Counted from the stretch's first letter, positions 48,649 through 58,394 are shown. The stretch: DNA of 64,000 nucleotides from Candidatus Latescibacterota bacterium (GCA_965243025.1 CBDETY010000003.1:6560001-6624000), one strand, 5' to 3'. Notes: generated by a model not told the origin, from the letters alone. Translations and numbers: made by a program.

Positions 48649-48762
48649 GCGATGGAAAGGGGCGGTCCTGCCGCGTCATCGCTGGCCGCGTTGCCCCGCT
48701 TGCCGCGCAATGCGACTTTTCCCGCAGCGCGCAGCGGCCGCTGACGATCCGATGAATTCGTC

Positions 48763-49830
48763 ATGATCGAAATAGAAAACCCCCGCACCATCGAGCAGAA
48801 GCAGGAAGCTCTGGAGGCGGTCCTGCGCCCCTACGGGCGCGTGCTGGTCGGCTATTCCGGCGGCGTTGACAGCGCCGTTCTCGCGGTCGCCGCTCACCGC
48901 GTCCTGGGGTCCAACGCCATCGCGGTAACCGCCGACTCGGAGAGCTACGCCAGCGGAGAGCTAGAAGCGGCCAGCGAGCTGATGCGCGGCTTCGGCATCC
49001 GCCACGAGGTGGTGCGCACCGCCGAACTGCAGAATCCCGACTACGCCAGCAACCCGGTCAACCGCTGTTACTTCTGCAAGCAGGAGCTCTTCACCCACAT
49101 GCAGCGCATGGCCGCCGAGCTCGAGGCCGACGCCATTCTCTACGGGCAGAACCGCGACGACGCCGGCGACTTCCGCCCCGGCGCCCAGGCGGCGCGGGAG
49201 TACGGGGTGCGGGCCCCGCTGCAGGAGGCGGGCCTCGGCAAGCAGGACGTCCGCGACCTCGCCAGGGAATGGGGGCTGCCGGTCTGGAACCGGCCGGCCA
49301 TGGCCTGCCTTTCCTCCCGCTTTCCCTACGGCACCCCGGTTACCGCCGAGGGCCTGCGCATGGTCGACCGCGCCGAGGCCTTTCTGCGCGGGCTCGGTTT
49401 CGAGCAGTTGCGGGTGCGCCACCACACCGACGCCGCCCGCATCGAGCTGCCCGCGGCCGACCTCGACCGGCTGCTCGCCGACGCGGGGCTGCGCCGCAGG
49501 ATTCATGGCGCCCTCACCGAAATCGGGTACCGGTTCGCCGCCGCCGACCTGCGCGGCTTCCGTTCCGGCAGCCTCAACGAGGTGTTGAAGAAGAAGGGGA
49601 GCGCCGCCGCCGCCCCGAACGGGGCCCTGGCCGAAGCGGCGCGGACGGCCCTGACGCAGGCCGGTATCGGGGCGGGGCAGGTGGAAGAGCACCGGGAGGT
49701 CACCCTGGTGCGCGTGAGCGCCTCCGGGGCCGGCCGCTTCGCCGCGGAAGAAACGCGCGCCGCCCTTGTCGAGCCGCTCGAGGCAGCCGGGGCCCGCTAC
49801 GTCTCCGTCGACCTCGATTCCCACCCATAG
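48763..49830 (+). CDS. larE: ATP-dependent sulfur transferase LarE with C-terminal extension
   Basis: PP-loop YSGGVDS, NRCYFCK, DFRPG, ACLSSRFPYG, RVRHH and GFRSGSLN motifs. Confidence 0.9.
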   Translation: MIEIENPRTIEQKQEALEAVLRPYGRVLVGYSGGVDSAVLAVAAHRVLGSNAIAVTADSESYASGELEAASELMRGFGIRHEVVRTAELQNPDYASNPVNRCYFCKQELFTHMQRMAAELEADAILYGQNRDDAGDFRPGAQAAREYGVRAPLQEAGLGKQDVRDLAREWGLPVWNRPAMACLSSRFPYGTPVTAEGLRMVDRAEAFLRGLGFEQLRVRHHTDAARIELPAADLDRLLADAGLRRRIHGALTEIGYRFAAADLRGFRSGSLNEVLKKKGSAAAAPNGALAEAARTALTQAGIGAGQVEEHREVTLVRVSASGAGRFAAEETRAALVEPLEAAGARYVSVDLDSHP

Positions 49831-49921
49831 TGTCCTGTCCCGTCGATATCCTGCCGTTCTTCTGCAGATTCGTCCCGGCTCGCGGCCGATTATTTCAATC
49901 TGGGTCCGGGACAGGACACTC

Positions 49922-50458
49922 GTGAACCGCGAGATCGTCAAGTACGGCGCCAAGGTCCTGCGCCGCGTCGCCGCCCCGGTAGCCGCGGTCGACAGCGAGG
50001 TCGCCGGCCTTGTCGAGGACCTGTTCGACTCGCTTGCCGAAGCGGAAGGGGTCGGGCTCGCGGCCCCGCAGATCGGGGTGTCGAGGCGGGTGATCGTCGT
50101 CGACGTCTCCGCGGTGGAGGCGGACAAGCCCCCCCTGGCCCTGATCAACCCCGCTGTCGTCAAGGCATCCGGCGAGGCGGTCGCCGAGGAGGGGTGCCTG
50201 AGCATACCCGAGCTCTACGGCGACGTTTCACGTTACACCGGGATCGAGGTCGACAGCACCGACGTGTACGGCGAGCCCTACCGGTTCGAGGCGGAAGGGT
50301 TCTACGCCCGCGTGCTGCAACACGAGATAGACCACCTCGACGGCAGGCTGTTCATCGACTACCTGCCGGCGCTCAAGCGCAACCTGATGCGCGGGGCCCT
50401 GAAGCGGATCAGGAAGGAGGGGGAGGCGTGGGACAGGGAGCACGCGGGAGGGGGTTGA
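49922..50458 (+). CDS. def: Peptide deformylase
   Basis: GVGLAAPQIG, EGCLS and QHEIDH motifs; GTG start. Confidence 0.96.
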   Translation: MNREIVKYGAKVLRRVAAPVAAVDSEVAGLVEDLFDSLAEAEGVGLAAPQIGVSRRVIVVDVSAVEADKPPLALINPAVVKASGEAVAEEGCLSIPELYGDVSRYTGIEVDSTDVYGEPYRFEAEGFYARVLQHEIDHLDGRLFIDYLPALKRNLMRGALKRIRKEGEAWDREHAGGG

Positions 50459-50464
50459 GGGAGA

Positions 50465-50493
50465 TTGACAACCTCCGACCCCTCCCGTAGGTT
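50465..50493 (+). promoter_or_regulatory. Sigma70 promoter of tRNA-Asp
   Basis: TTGACA-N17-TAGGTT, ending 21 nt before the tRNA. Confidence 0.6.
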
Positions 50494-50514
50494 TCGGAGG
50501 TCGCGCAAGACAAC

Positions 50515-50593
50515 GGGATCGTAGTTCAGTTTGGTTCAGAACGCCGGCCTGTCACGCCGGAGGTCGCGGGTTCGAGTCCCGTCGGTCCCGCCA
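50515..50593 (+). tRNA. tRNA-Asp(GTC)
   Basis: Acceptor stem GGGATCG/CGGTCCC, anticodon arm CCGGC-CTGTCAC-GCCGG, T-loop GGTTCGAGTC, encoded CCA. Confidence 0.97.
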
Positions 50594-50600
50594 GTTTTCG

Positions 50601-50632
50601 AGGAGGCCCTTTCGAGGGCCTCCTTTCTTTTT
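50601..50632 (+). terminator. Intrinsic terminator after tRNA-Asp
   Basis: AGGAGGCCCT-TTCG-AGGGCCTCCT perfect stem followed by a T-rich tail. Confidence 0.88.
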
Positions 50633-50667
50633 GTACCCGACCAACCCACGCGCCGGGCCCACAAGAG

Positions 50668-51600
50668 TCAGGGCTGGAGCGAAGCCTTGATGCGCCCCCA
50701 GGTGACGGACTCCACGGCGCTTCCTGCCCATCCACCAACGGGGACAAGAAGGCCGTCGGCGAACTCCACCGGCCCCGGTGTGGGGGAATCGGGGTCAATG
50801 GGCGGAATAGTGAAGGTTGCCTCCTTATTCCGAGCCGGAGGGTTATCGTCATCGCTGACCACTAACAACAACCCAATTATACCCCCAGGCCGAAGTTCCG
50901 AAACCACCGTTTCCTCAGCGCTGTCCGGAACCAACCGGTCGAAAGGGGTAGCGTACATCTCCGTCATCCAGACAGTCGGGTTTTCGCCATAAGTGGCCCC
51001 GCCCACGTCGGCGAAGGGGGGCACTTGAAACCAACAGGTGGTCTCAGGGCTTCCAATTTTACAGTACTCAGGGCCTGGGACATGTCGTTCCGCCCAATAG
51101 CCCATGGGTCCCCCGACAAAGCCCTGGACACTCTGCCACAGGCTCTCGTCTCCATCTTTGAAAGCGTAAACCCCCCCGGAATGATCGCCGTCGATTTCCA
51201 ATATGATCACCCCGTCCCAGTACAATTCATCATCATCATCCGGCTCGACCAGGACATCATCGACTCCTTCGGCCGCTGCATAGATCCGGTTGAGTCCTCG
51301 ATGCCAGGCCAGCCATATGCGGAAGTCGAGGTCGCTTGGATCATACTCTTCCCCAGGGGCATTGGTGATTCCCTTGTTGGGATCCGCGATTAGTGCGGTC
51401 AGATCGAGGCCTGTCAGGGAAGGTTCGCCAATCACGGTGAGCCAGTCCTCTATGTCTCCGTCATGGATGTCGATCTCGGAGAACGACTCCTCCGGGATCT
51501 CGAATATGGGCACCACGCGGTCCCCGACATGTGCTGAACACAGAAAGGCAGTAACTGCAATCAGAGTGATTGTGCGCCAGGTATTCCGCATGGTGAACAC
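50668..51600 (-). CDS. Secreted acidic hypothetical protein (CBM9-like fold possible) with C-terminal AVESVTWGRIKA motif
   Basis: Signal peptide; DGDIEDW, WLAW and DGDHSGG; paralog at 63390-64000. Confidence 0.7.
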   Translation of the reverse strand: MFTMRNTWRTITLIAVTAFLCSAHVGDRVVPIFEIPEESFSEIDIHDGDIEDWLTVIGEPSLTGLDLTALIADPNKGITNAPGEEYDPSDLDFRIWLAWHRGLNRIYAAAEGVDDVLVEPDDDDELYWDGVIILEIDGDHSGGVYAFKDGDESLWQSVQGFVGGPMGYWAERHVPGPEYCKIGSPETTCWFQVPPFADVGGATYGENPTVWMTEMYATPFDRLVPDSAEETVVSELRPGGIIGLLLVVSDDDNPPARNKEATFTIPPIDPDSPTPGPVEFADGLLVPVGGWAGSAVESVTWGRIKASLQP

Positions 51601-51748
51601 CTCCCAGGTTTCTTATGGCAATGCGATACGCTGAAGTAACTTACCCGTCATGGCTCAAATCGCCGCCTCCCCGCAGGGAATTTGAAACTGGCTTGTTGAG
51701 GGAGCCTGCTCAAACGGCCGAACATCCCGTCTTTTCCGGAGAATCCGC

Positions 51749-52606
51749 ATGAACATCGGCGTTGTCGGGGCGGAGACGCACACCGCCCAGCTCTGCGAGA
51801 TTATAAACCTGCAGCGGAGGATCCGCGGCGTCCGGGTAAGCCACGTATGCGGGAGGACGCCGTCGGCAGGGCGGGCGGCCGCGGCTGACGGCCGCATTCC
51901 CCATATCGCCAGAAAGCCCGAGGACTTGATCGGGGCCGTGGACGCAGTCGTGGTCGACCACATTCACGGCAGGCACCACCTGCCTGCGGCAAAACCTCTT
52001 CTCGAAGCCGGGTTGCCCATCTTCTTCGACAAGCCGTTCTGCTGCAGCAGATCCGAGGGCAGGCGCTTCCTGGTGCGGGCCGCCGAGCTGGGAGTTCCGG
52101 TCTGCTCCTTTTCGGTCATGCCAATGCAGTCCGCGTTCGTGTCCTTGAAGAAGCAGGTGCGCAGGCTGGGTGAGATCCACGCCGCGGTCTGCACCGGACC
52201 CTGCAACGTCGCCTCGAGGCACGGAGGGATGTTTTTCTACGGAATACACCAGGTGGAGATGATCCTGCGGCTGCTCGGTTACGAGGTCGGCCATGCCCAG
52301 GTCGTGAAGGGGTCCCGGAAAAACCACCTTGCCACGCTGACCTTCAAGGACGGCAGGATGGCTGCAATGCACCTGATGGGGGAGGGGGGAGGCACCTTTC
52401 ACCTGAGCGTCATCGGGGCCAGGGGCCGTATCGACCAGTCCATCGGCTACGACGAGGATTTCTTTTACCCCGGGGTTCGCTCCTTCGTGCGGATGTTCCG
52501 GACCGGCAGGACGGAGGAGACCATGGAAAGCATGCTGGTTCCGGTCGCGGTCCTGGAAGCGCTGGAGAAATCCCTGGCAACCGGGGGCAGGGTCAGGGTT
52601 TCGTGA
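51749..52606 (+). CDS. Gfo/Idh/MocA family oxidoreductase
   Basis: VDAVVV...HLPAAKPLLEAGLPIFFDKP and FYGIHQVE motifs. Confidence 0.85.
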   Translation: MNIGVVGAETHTAQLCEIINLQRRIRGVRVSHVCGRTPSAGRAAAADGRIPHIARKPEDLIGAVDAVVVDHIHGRHHLPAAKPLLEAGLPIFFDKPFCCSRSEGRRFLVRAAELGVPVCSFSVMPMQSAFVSLKKQVRRLGEIHAAVCTGPCNVASRHGGMFFYGIHQVEMILRLLGYEVGHAQVVKGSRKNHLATLTFKDGRMAAMHLMGEGGGTFHLSVIGARGRIDQSIGYDEDFFYPGVRSFVRMFRTGRTEETMESMLVPVAVLEALEKSLATGGRVRVS

Positions 52607-52712
52607 TTGACAGCCTGGCGGATGCGCGCTTTGGGATAACTTGCTTGTTTTAGCATACCGCCGGGCAGCCTCTCTTCCGGCTTAAATTCCAGACGATCAG
52701 AGGAACACCTGC

Positions 52713-53591
52713 ATGGAGCTCATCGCGGTCGCGCTGGCGCTGGCGTCGGCGTTTCTCCACGCCCTGCGCAACCTCCTGGTGAAGCGGGCGATCGACAAGC
52801 AGGCCTTCGCCCTGCTGGGGCTGCTCGTCGGTCTGACGCTTTACCTTCCGGCCGCCGCGTACGTAACGATAAGCGCCGAGGTAGACGTCGCGGCGATCCT
52901 CCTGTACGGCTTTCTCTCCGGTTTCATCCACTTCTTCTACGTCATCTTCTACACCAAGTCGTACGAAGGGGGCGACTTCTCCCAGGTCTACCCGATCATG
53001 CGCTCGGCCCCGGCCCTCGTCCTGGTGGTCGCCATTCTCTTCCTCGGGGAGTACGTCTCTTTCCGGGGAGGTCTCGGCATCGCCCTGGTTGTTCTGGGGG
53101 CGTACTCCATCAACCTGAAGGGGATCGGTCCGTCCGCTTTCATCGAGCCCGTTGCCGCCCACTGGAAGGAGAGGCATCTGCAGCTGGCGGTTCTGACGAT
53201 GCTGACCGTCGCCGCCTATTCCATCGTCGACAAGCTCGCCGTGGCCTTGATCCACCCGGTGCTATTCCTCTGGAGCTACACCCTGGTCACAGTCCTGATG
53301 CTGGGCGGGTACCTCGCCCTCACCAGGGACCGCAGCGCCATCGAAAAAGAGTGGCGGGATAACCGGCGGGCGGTGCTTCTCAACGGCGTTTTCGGCCTGA
53401 CGAGCTACGTGCTCATCCTCTACGCCTTTCAGCTCGAGCGGGTCAGTTACATCGCGGGCCTGAGACAGATCAGCGTGGTGATGGCGGTTATCATGGGCGG
53501 GCAGCTGCTCGGCGAGGGTTTCCAGGGCATCCGCCTGGCGGCGTCGATCCTCATCTTCGCCGGCGCCATGCTGATCGCCACGGCGCAGTAG
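52713..53591 (+). CDS. EamA/DMT family transporter
   Basis: About 10 TM helices; SAFLHALRN, GDFSQVYPIMR and LRQISVV motifs. Confidence 0.88.
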   Translation: MELIAVALALASAFLHALRNLLVKRAIDKQAFALLGLLVGLTLYLPAAAYVTISAEVDVAAILLYGFLSGFIHFFYVIFYTKSYEGGDFSQVYPIMRSAPALVLVVAILFLGEYVSFRGGLGIALVVLGAYSINLKGIGPSAFIEPVAAHWKERHLQLAVLTMLTVAAYSIVDKLAVALIHPVLFLWSYTLVTVLMLGGYLALTRDRSAIEKEWRDNRRAVLLNGVFGLTSYVLILYAFQLERVSYIAGLRQISVVMAVIMGGQLLGEGFQGIRLAASILIFAGAMLIATAQ

Positions 53592-53657
53592 CGCTCGCCG
53601 GCTTGATGCCCCGGTAACCGGGCCCGTTTATCTGCAGCCGTACCGGATCCGATCGAT

Positions 53658-55055
53658 ATGCCGTCAGACAAACCATCCGCGACGCTCGTTCTCGACGTGG
53701 GCAAGACCAACGTCAAGCTCCTGGCGATGGCGGGGAACGGAGAGATCCTCGCGGTGGAGCGGCTCGACAACCGCAGTCTCGGAGGCCCGCCCTATCTCCA
53801 TCTCGACACCGAGAGGGTCTGGAACTGGCTGTTGCAGGCCGCGGGGGAGTTATCGGCGAGCTGGGCGGTCGAGGCCGTCGTGCCGACGACCCACGGCTGC
53901 ACCGCCGCCCTGATGAGCGGCGACCGGCTCGCCCTGCCCGTCCTCGACTACGAGGCCGAGCCGCCGCCGGAGACCGCCGAGGCCTTCGCCGAGGCCGCTC
54001 CCGCCTTCGCCGAGACCTGCTGCCCCACCCTGCCGGCGGGGATGAACCTCGGCCGCCAGCTGTTCTGGCTGCAGCGCGACTTCCCGGATGATTTCGCCCG
54101 CGCCGACCGCGTCCTCACCTACCCGCAGTACTGGTCCTGGCGGCTGTCCGGGGTTTCGGCGGGGGAGCTGACCTCGATCGGCTGCCACGGCCACCTGTGG
54201 AATCCCCGGGAGCGGCGCTTTTCATCCCTGGTGCGGCGGCAGGGATGGGAGCGGCTGTTCCCGCCCGTCTTGCCCGCGCACGCCGCCCTGGGGCCGATTC
54301 GCCCTGAGGTCGCGCGGCGCACCGGGTTGCCCGCGCACTGCCGGGTACACTGCGGCATCCACGACAGCAACGCCGCGTACAGCCTGTACCTGCGCGGCCA
54401 TCCCCGGCCGTTCAGCCTGGTCTCGACCGGAACCTGGGTGGTGGTGTTCAGCCCGCGCCTGCCCCTCGACAGGCTGGACGAAAGGCGCGACACCCTCGCC
54501 TTCGTCGACCTGACGGGGCGCCCGGTGCCGGCTGCCCGCTACATGGGGGGGCGCGAGTTCGAGATCCTTACCGCGGAAGCCGGGAGCAGGGCCTGCACCG
54601 AGTCCGACCTGCGCAGGGTGCTCGCCGGGGAAAGTTTCCTGCTGCCCTCGTTCGCGCCGGGAGGCCCATTCATGGGGCGCGCCGGTTCGGCCTCGGGTCC
54701 GGAGCCGCAGACGGACGGCGAGACCGTCGCCCGGGCGACCCTGTACGCGGCGCTGATGACGGTGACCAGCCTGCGCCTGCTCGAGGCGGACGGAGACCTC
54801 GTGATCGACGGGGGCTTCGTCAACAACGAGCTCTACTGCCGGCTGCTGGCCGCCATGGCCGGCTGCGATCGCTGCTTCGCCAACCACCAGACCGAGGGGA
54901 CCGCGGTCGGCGCCGGAATGCTGGCTGTCCGGGAGGGGGAATCCGCGGAGTGGCCGCTGAGCCTGGTCGGCGTCGAACCCTTCGACGATCCTGCCCTGAA
55001 GCAGTACGCCGAGCGCTGGAACGCCCTTGTCGGGGAGTCGGCAGCGGGCGGATAA
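53658..55055 (+). CDS. FGGY-family carbohydrate kinase (fuculo/rhamnulokinase-like)
   Basis: LDVGKTNVK, GIHDSNA, STGTW and IDGGF motifs. Confidence 0.88.
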   Translation: MPSDKPSATLVLDVGKTNVKLLAMAGNGEILAVERLDNRSLGGPPYLHLDTERVWNWLLQAAGELSASWAVEAVVPTTHGCTAALMSGDRLALPVLDYEAEPPPETAEAFAEAAPAFAETCCPTLPAGMNLGRQLFWLQRDFPDDFARADRVLTYPQYWSWRLSGVSAGELTSIGCHGHLWNPRERRFSSLVRRQGWERLFPPVLPAHAALGPIRPEVARRTGLPAHCRVHCGIHDSNAAYSLYLRGHPRPFSLVSTGTWVVVFSPRLPLDRLDERRDTLAFVDLTGRPVPAARYMGGREFEILTAEAGSRACTESDLRRVLAGESFLLPSFAPGGPFMGRAGSASGPEPQTDGETVARATLYAALMTVTSLRLLEADGDLVIDGGFVNNELYCRLLAAMAGCDRCFANHQTEGTAVGAGMLAVREGESAEWPLSLVGVEPFDDPALKQYAERWNALVGESAAGG

Positions 55056-55309
55056 CAGGCCGCCTGGCGCGGAGCCTTCGCCGGAATTCACCGGCTTGGA
55101 TCTGTACCCTGCAGTTTGTCGGCAAGTACCCCTGCGGAGAAGGCCGCGGGGGTTCGGTGTCAACGAATGCTGCGGACGCTAAAGGACGGTAAAGCGAAAA
55201 GACGTCGCCCGACGTGGGAGGTGCCGCTGCTGTTGGTTGGCCGCCCTGCGCCGGTCTGCAGAACGTCGACTCGAAGGAGGCCCGGTCCGGGGGAAGGTTG
55301 CGGCGGCAG

Positions 55310-55573
55310 CTATCTGCGCCGGCCCCGGCGGCGGAAACCCTTCTTGCCCCCCGGTTTATGCGCCTCAGCCACCTCGATGTCGAAGCCGAGCAGGGTTTGA
55401 CCGTTGAGACCGGAGATCGCTTCCCTGCCGGCGGATTTGCTCGGCATCTCGACAAAGGCCCGTCCCTGGGTCTGGCGGATCTCCACCGAGGATACGCGGC
55501 CGAAAATCTCGAAGAGGGTGCGCAGGTCCTCTTCGTTCGCCTCGGAAGCGAGATTGTTGACGGTTATCCGCAT
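55310..55573 (-). CDS. RRM RNA-binding protein
   Basis: RNP2 ITVNNL, RNP1 GRAFVEM, AISGLNG and an Arg/Gly-rich tail. Confidence 0.88.
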   Translation of the reverse strand: MRITVNNLASEANEEDLRTLFEIFGRVSSVEIRQTQGRAFVEMPSKSAGREAISGLNGQTLLGFDIEVAEAHKPGGKKGFRRRGRRR

Positions 55574-55686
55574 TCAGGTTTCCTGCATTGGCAGAGGGTT
55601 GGGGGTGCGTGAAGCCGCCAATATAGACAGGGCTCGGGTACCGGCCAAACGGCGAGCCCCGGATCGGCCAGGCGGCGGCTGTACAC

Positions 55687-55717
55687 AAAAAAAGGCCCCG
55701 AAGGATATCGGAGCCTT
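55687..55717 (-). terminator. Terminator-like hairpin in the leader of the RRM gene
   Basis: GGCTCCGA-TATCCT-TCGGGGCC followed by T7 on the minus strand. Confidence 0.65.
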
Positions 55718-55733
55718 CCAAATCGTGCTTTTC

Positions 55734-55843
55734 AATATACTGTCAAAGCGGGAACATTGTCAAGAAAAAAGTTCGTAACTTGTTGTCATTTAACACGTTA
55801 TGGAATTTTTTCGTTGACAGTGTTACACCTTGCCCGGTAGAGT
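55734..55843. promoter_or_regulatory. Divergent sigma70 promoters
   Basis: Minus strand: TTGACA(55763-55758)-N18-TATATT. Plus strand: TTGACA(55814)-N18-TAGAGT. AT-rich spacer between them. Confidence 0.55.
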
Positions 55844-55895
55844 AGCCGCAGCCTCGGAAAAACGTTTGTCCCAAGAGCCAGGGAGGTAACGCGGC

Positions 55896-56642
55896 ATGCA
55901 GAGTCCGGATACCCTTGCAGTCAGCGAAGGCCGGGTCGTGGTCGGCGATTGGTCCGCCGACGTCGGGGAGGTTGTCGCCGTGTCGGCGCGCCTGCGAGGC
56001 CTGCTCCGGGAGGGCCGCGTCCCGGAAGCCCGGGAGATGCTGAGCTCCCTGTGCCGGGAGGAACAGGCGGCCGTGGTGGCGGTCGACGCGGACCCTGAGG
56101 AGATCCTGTCGCTGACCGGGATGGATGAAGCCGGGCGCCCCGGGTACCTCGCGGAGGTGGTGGAAAGACTTCCCTCATCCCTGCTGACCGAGCTGCTCGT
56201 TCCCCGGGGCGCCAGATGGGACCGGTTCAATACAGGGCTGCTGGCGTCGATGTCGGAGCGGACCTTCCGGCGAACGGTGGCCGACACCCTGGATCCCGTC
56301 TACTTCCACGGCCGCCGCGGCGCCGTTTCCTGGGAATGGCTCGAGATCGTCGCCGCCCTGCAGGACGTCGACCGGATCGCCTCCCTGCTTCAGGCCGTTG
56401 ACGAGGAGGTCCTCGAGGACGCGCTGATTCCCCACATCGACCGCTTTGCCATGAACGAGACGGTTTTTCCCGGGGTCTCCGCTTTCAGGACCGTCTCCGA
56501 ATCGGGCGGTGGTCTGATGCTGCCGCCGCTGGACGACCCGGAAAGGGAGGAGGTGATTCACGCTCTCCACGCCGCCGCGCCGGAGCTGCTGGCCCGCGTC
56601 ATCCGCAACGCCTGGGAGCGGGCCGGGGGGATGCAGCCATGA
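55896..56642 (+). CDS. Hypothetical protein (resembles the N-terminal half of DUF6178)
   Basis: RBS GGGAGG; helical protein; ATGA-coupled to the next gene. Confidence 0.65.
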   Translation: MQSPDTLAVSEGRVVVGDWSADVGEVVAVSARLRGLLREGRVPEAREMLSSLCREEQAAVVAVDADPEEILSLTGMDEAGRPGYLAEVVERLPSSLLTELLVPRGARWDRFNTGLLASMSERTFRRTVADTLDPVYFHGRRGAVSWEWLEIVAALQDVDRIASLLQAVDEEVLEDALIPHIDRFAMNETVFPGVSAFRTVSESGGGLMLPPLDDPEREEVIHALHAAAPELLARVIRNAWERAGGMQP

Positions 56643-57601
56643 CCGGGCTCGCCCACCCCGACCTCGACGCCCTGCTCAGGGACCGCAGCTGTTTCGCCGC
56701 CCGCGCCATCGAGCTCGGGTTGCGGTTCGGCCGGCTTCCGGAGGGATTCGCCGATACCCTCGCCGCCTTCCTGCGCCTGCGCAGCCTGGAGTTCGCGGCG
56801 CGCCACCGCACCGGCATATCCATCGGCCGGGAGGGGATCCGCGGCGGAATCGAGCACGCCTTCACCTGCTTCGACCTCGGGCTGGAGCAGGAGTCCGGCG
56901 GCGGCGTCGAGCGGGCCGTCGAGCTGCTCGCAAACCCCGACCTGCCGGCGCTCTGCCGCAAGGGGTACGAGACCGCCTTCCAGCGGTTGGGGGAGATGCG
57001 GCGGGAGTCCAAGAGCCTGCACCGCCATCCCCTTGCGGCCCTGCTTCCCGAGTTGGCGGCCCGGCTCGAGACCTGGAAACGGATCACCCCGGAAACCTTT
57101 GACGCCGCAGGGACGGACGGGCGTTCCGCAGCGGTCGACCCGCGCGGCGACTACGCCCTCTTCGAGGAAACCGCGGCCCGCCTGCGGTTCGTCTGCTCGC
57201 TGCCGAAAACCGCCCTGCAGTCGGCGGAGTCGCAAGGACTCGCCGGGTTCGAACCGATCCTCAGGCGGCTGGTGGCGGCTGTCGCCATGTCCGCGGAAAC
57301 GCTGGATATGGACAGGACGGCGCTGCGGCGTTTCCGCATGCTCCACTTCTCCGGGGGGGAAATGCTGGCCGGGTCCCGGCTCCGGGTGGAGCGGGAAATC
57401 GGGGCCCACCTCGAGCGCCACGTCCCCGGCGGGCGCGGATTCCTGCAGCGCGAGGTGGATGCAGTCGTCGCCGAGCTCGGGGCCGCGTCCGGAGACGAGG
57501 AACGGTTCGCAGCCGCGGTCAGCGGCGACCTGACGCCGGAGTCGAAACTGGCAGCGCAATCGGCGCTCGCGGACATCGCGGCCGCCGACGATGCTGCTTA
57601 A
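56639..57601 (+). CDS. Hypothetical protein (resembles the C-terminal half of DUF6178)
   Basis: DLGLEQESGGGVERAVELL...LCRKGY segment. Confidence 0.62.
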   Translation: MTGLAHPDLDALLRDRSCFAARAIELGLRFGRLPEGFADTLAAFLRLRSLEFAARHRTGISIGREGIRGGIEHAFTCFDLGLEQESGGGVERAVELLANPDLPALCRKGYETAFQRLGEMRRESKSLHRHPLAALLPELAARLETWKRITPETFDAAGTDGRSAAVDPRGDYALFEETAARLRFVCSLPKTALQSAESQGLAGFEPILRRLVAAVAMSAETLDMDRTALRRFRMLHFSGGEMLAGSRLRVEREIGAHLERHVPGGRGFLQREVDAVVAELGAASGDEERFAAAVSGDLTPESKLAAQSALADIAAADDAA

Positions 57602-57610
57602 CCGCATTGG

Positions 57611-57802
57611 ATGGAACGGAGCATGAAGCCAGTAAGTGTCGAGGACCTCGAGCGGGTGGCGCGTCTGTACAAGTCCAACAAGGAGGCGAGCGCCGCGCTG
57701 GGAATCCATCCGCGCTCCTTCGCCCGTCTGTGCCGCCAGCACGGCATCTCGACCCCCTACGTCCGCAGGAGAAGGGCCCGGGCCGACTGCCGCGGCGGCT
57801 GA
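57611..57802 (+). CDS. Small Fis-like HTH protein
   Basis: LYKSNKEASAALGIHPRSFARLCRQHGI. Confidence 0.7.
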   Translation: MERSMKPVSVEDLERVARLYKSNKEASAALGIHPRSFARLCRQHGISTPYVRRRRARADCRGG

Positions 57803-57850
57803 TGGGCAACCACTCCGGCGGAACCGCAAGGGATTTCCCGGGACGCGACA

Positions 57851-58330
57851 CTACACCCGCCGGGCGGCGTACTCCCCGGCGAAGCGGCCGGCCGGCTCCC
57901 CCCGGCAGCGGATGTCGGCGGTCAGGTCGATGCGCCCCTTGCCCTCTTCGGCCAGCACCGCGAGGAAGCGGTCCCAGCTCTCCTTTTCGGGGGCATGGGC
58001 GAAGGCTTCGAAATCGGCGGGCAGGGGGGCGAAGTACTCCACCGAGTTGCGCCTGATCACCAGCGCCGTCTCGAAGGGGAGTCTGCGCAGCCGCAGGTGG
58101 ATGAGCGTCCAGCAGGCGATCATCGCCAGGCCGGAGGCGCTGCCGCCGAACACGGTGCCGCGGTGATTGACGTTGGGGGCCAGCGGCGCCGCCAGGAGCA
58201 CACCGGTCCCGTCGACCGAAACGACCGAGACCTGCATGCTCTTCGACAGTGGAATCCTGTCGTGCAGGTAGCGCTCGGTCTCCCGCGGAGGGGAATCCCC
58301 GCCAGTCTGGCGCTCAACTTCCATTTCCAC
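57851..58330 (-). CDS. YiiD C-terminal-like thioesterase (hotdog fold)
   Basis: YLHDRIPLSKSM and APLAPNVNHRGTVFGGS motifs. Confidence 0.85.
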   Translation of the reverse strand: MEMEVERQTGGDSPPRETERYLHDRIPLSKSMQVSVVSVDGTGVLLAAPLAPNVNHRGTVFGGSASGLAMIACWTLIHLRLRRLPFETALVIRRNSVEYFAPLPADFEAFAHAPEKESWDRFLAVLAEEGKGRIDLTADIRCRGEPAGRFAGEYAARRV

Positions 58331-58394
58331 TCATAAGGAACCCCTGGTCTGTCCCTTGCTGGATCCGGCCCCGGGCGCCCCGGGGCCGGCGGCC

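Noticed and set aside
50515-50660. tRNA-Asp as an integration site
   Set aside because: I saw no integrase or duplicated tRNA 3' end in the window, and the tRNA is followed directly by its terminator.
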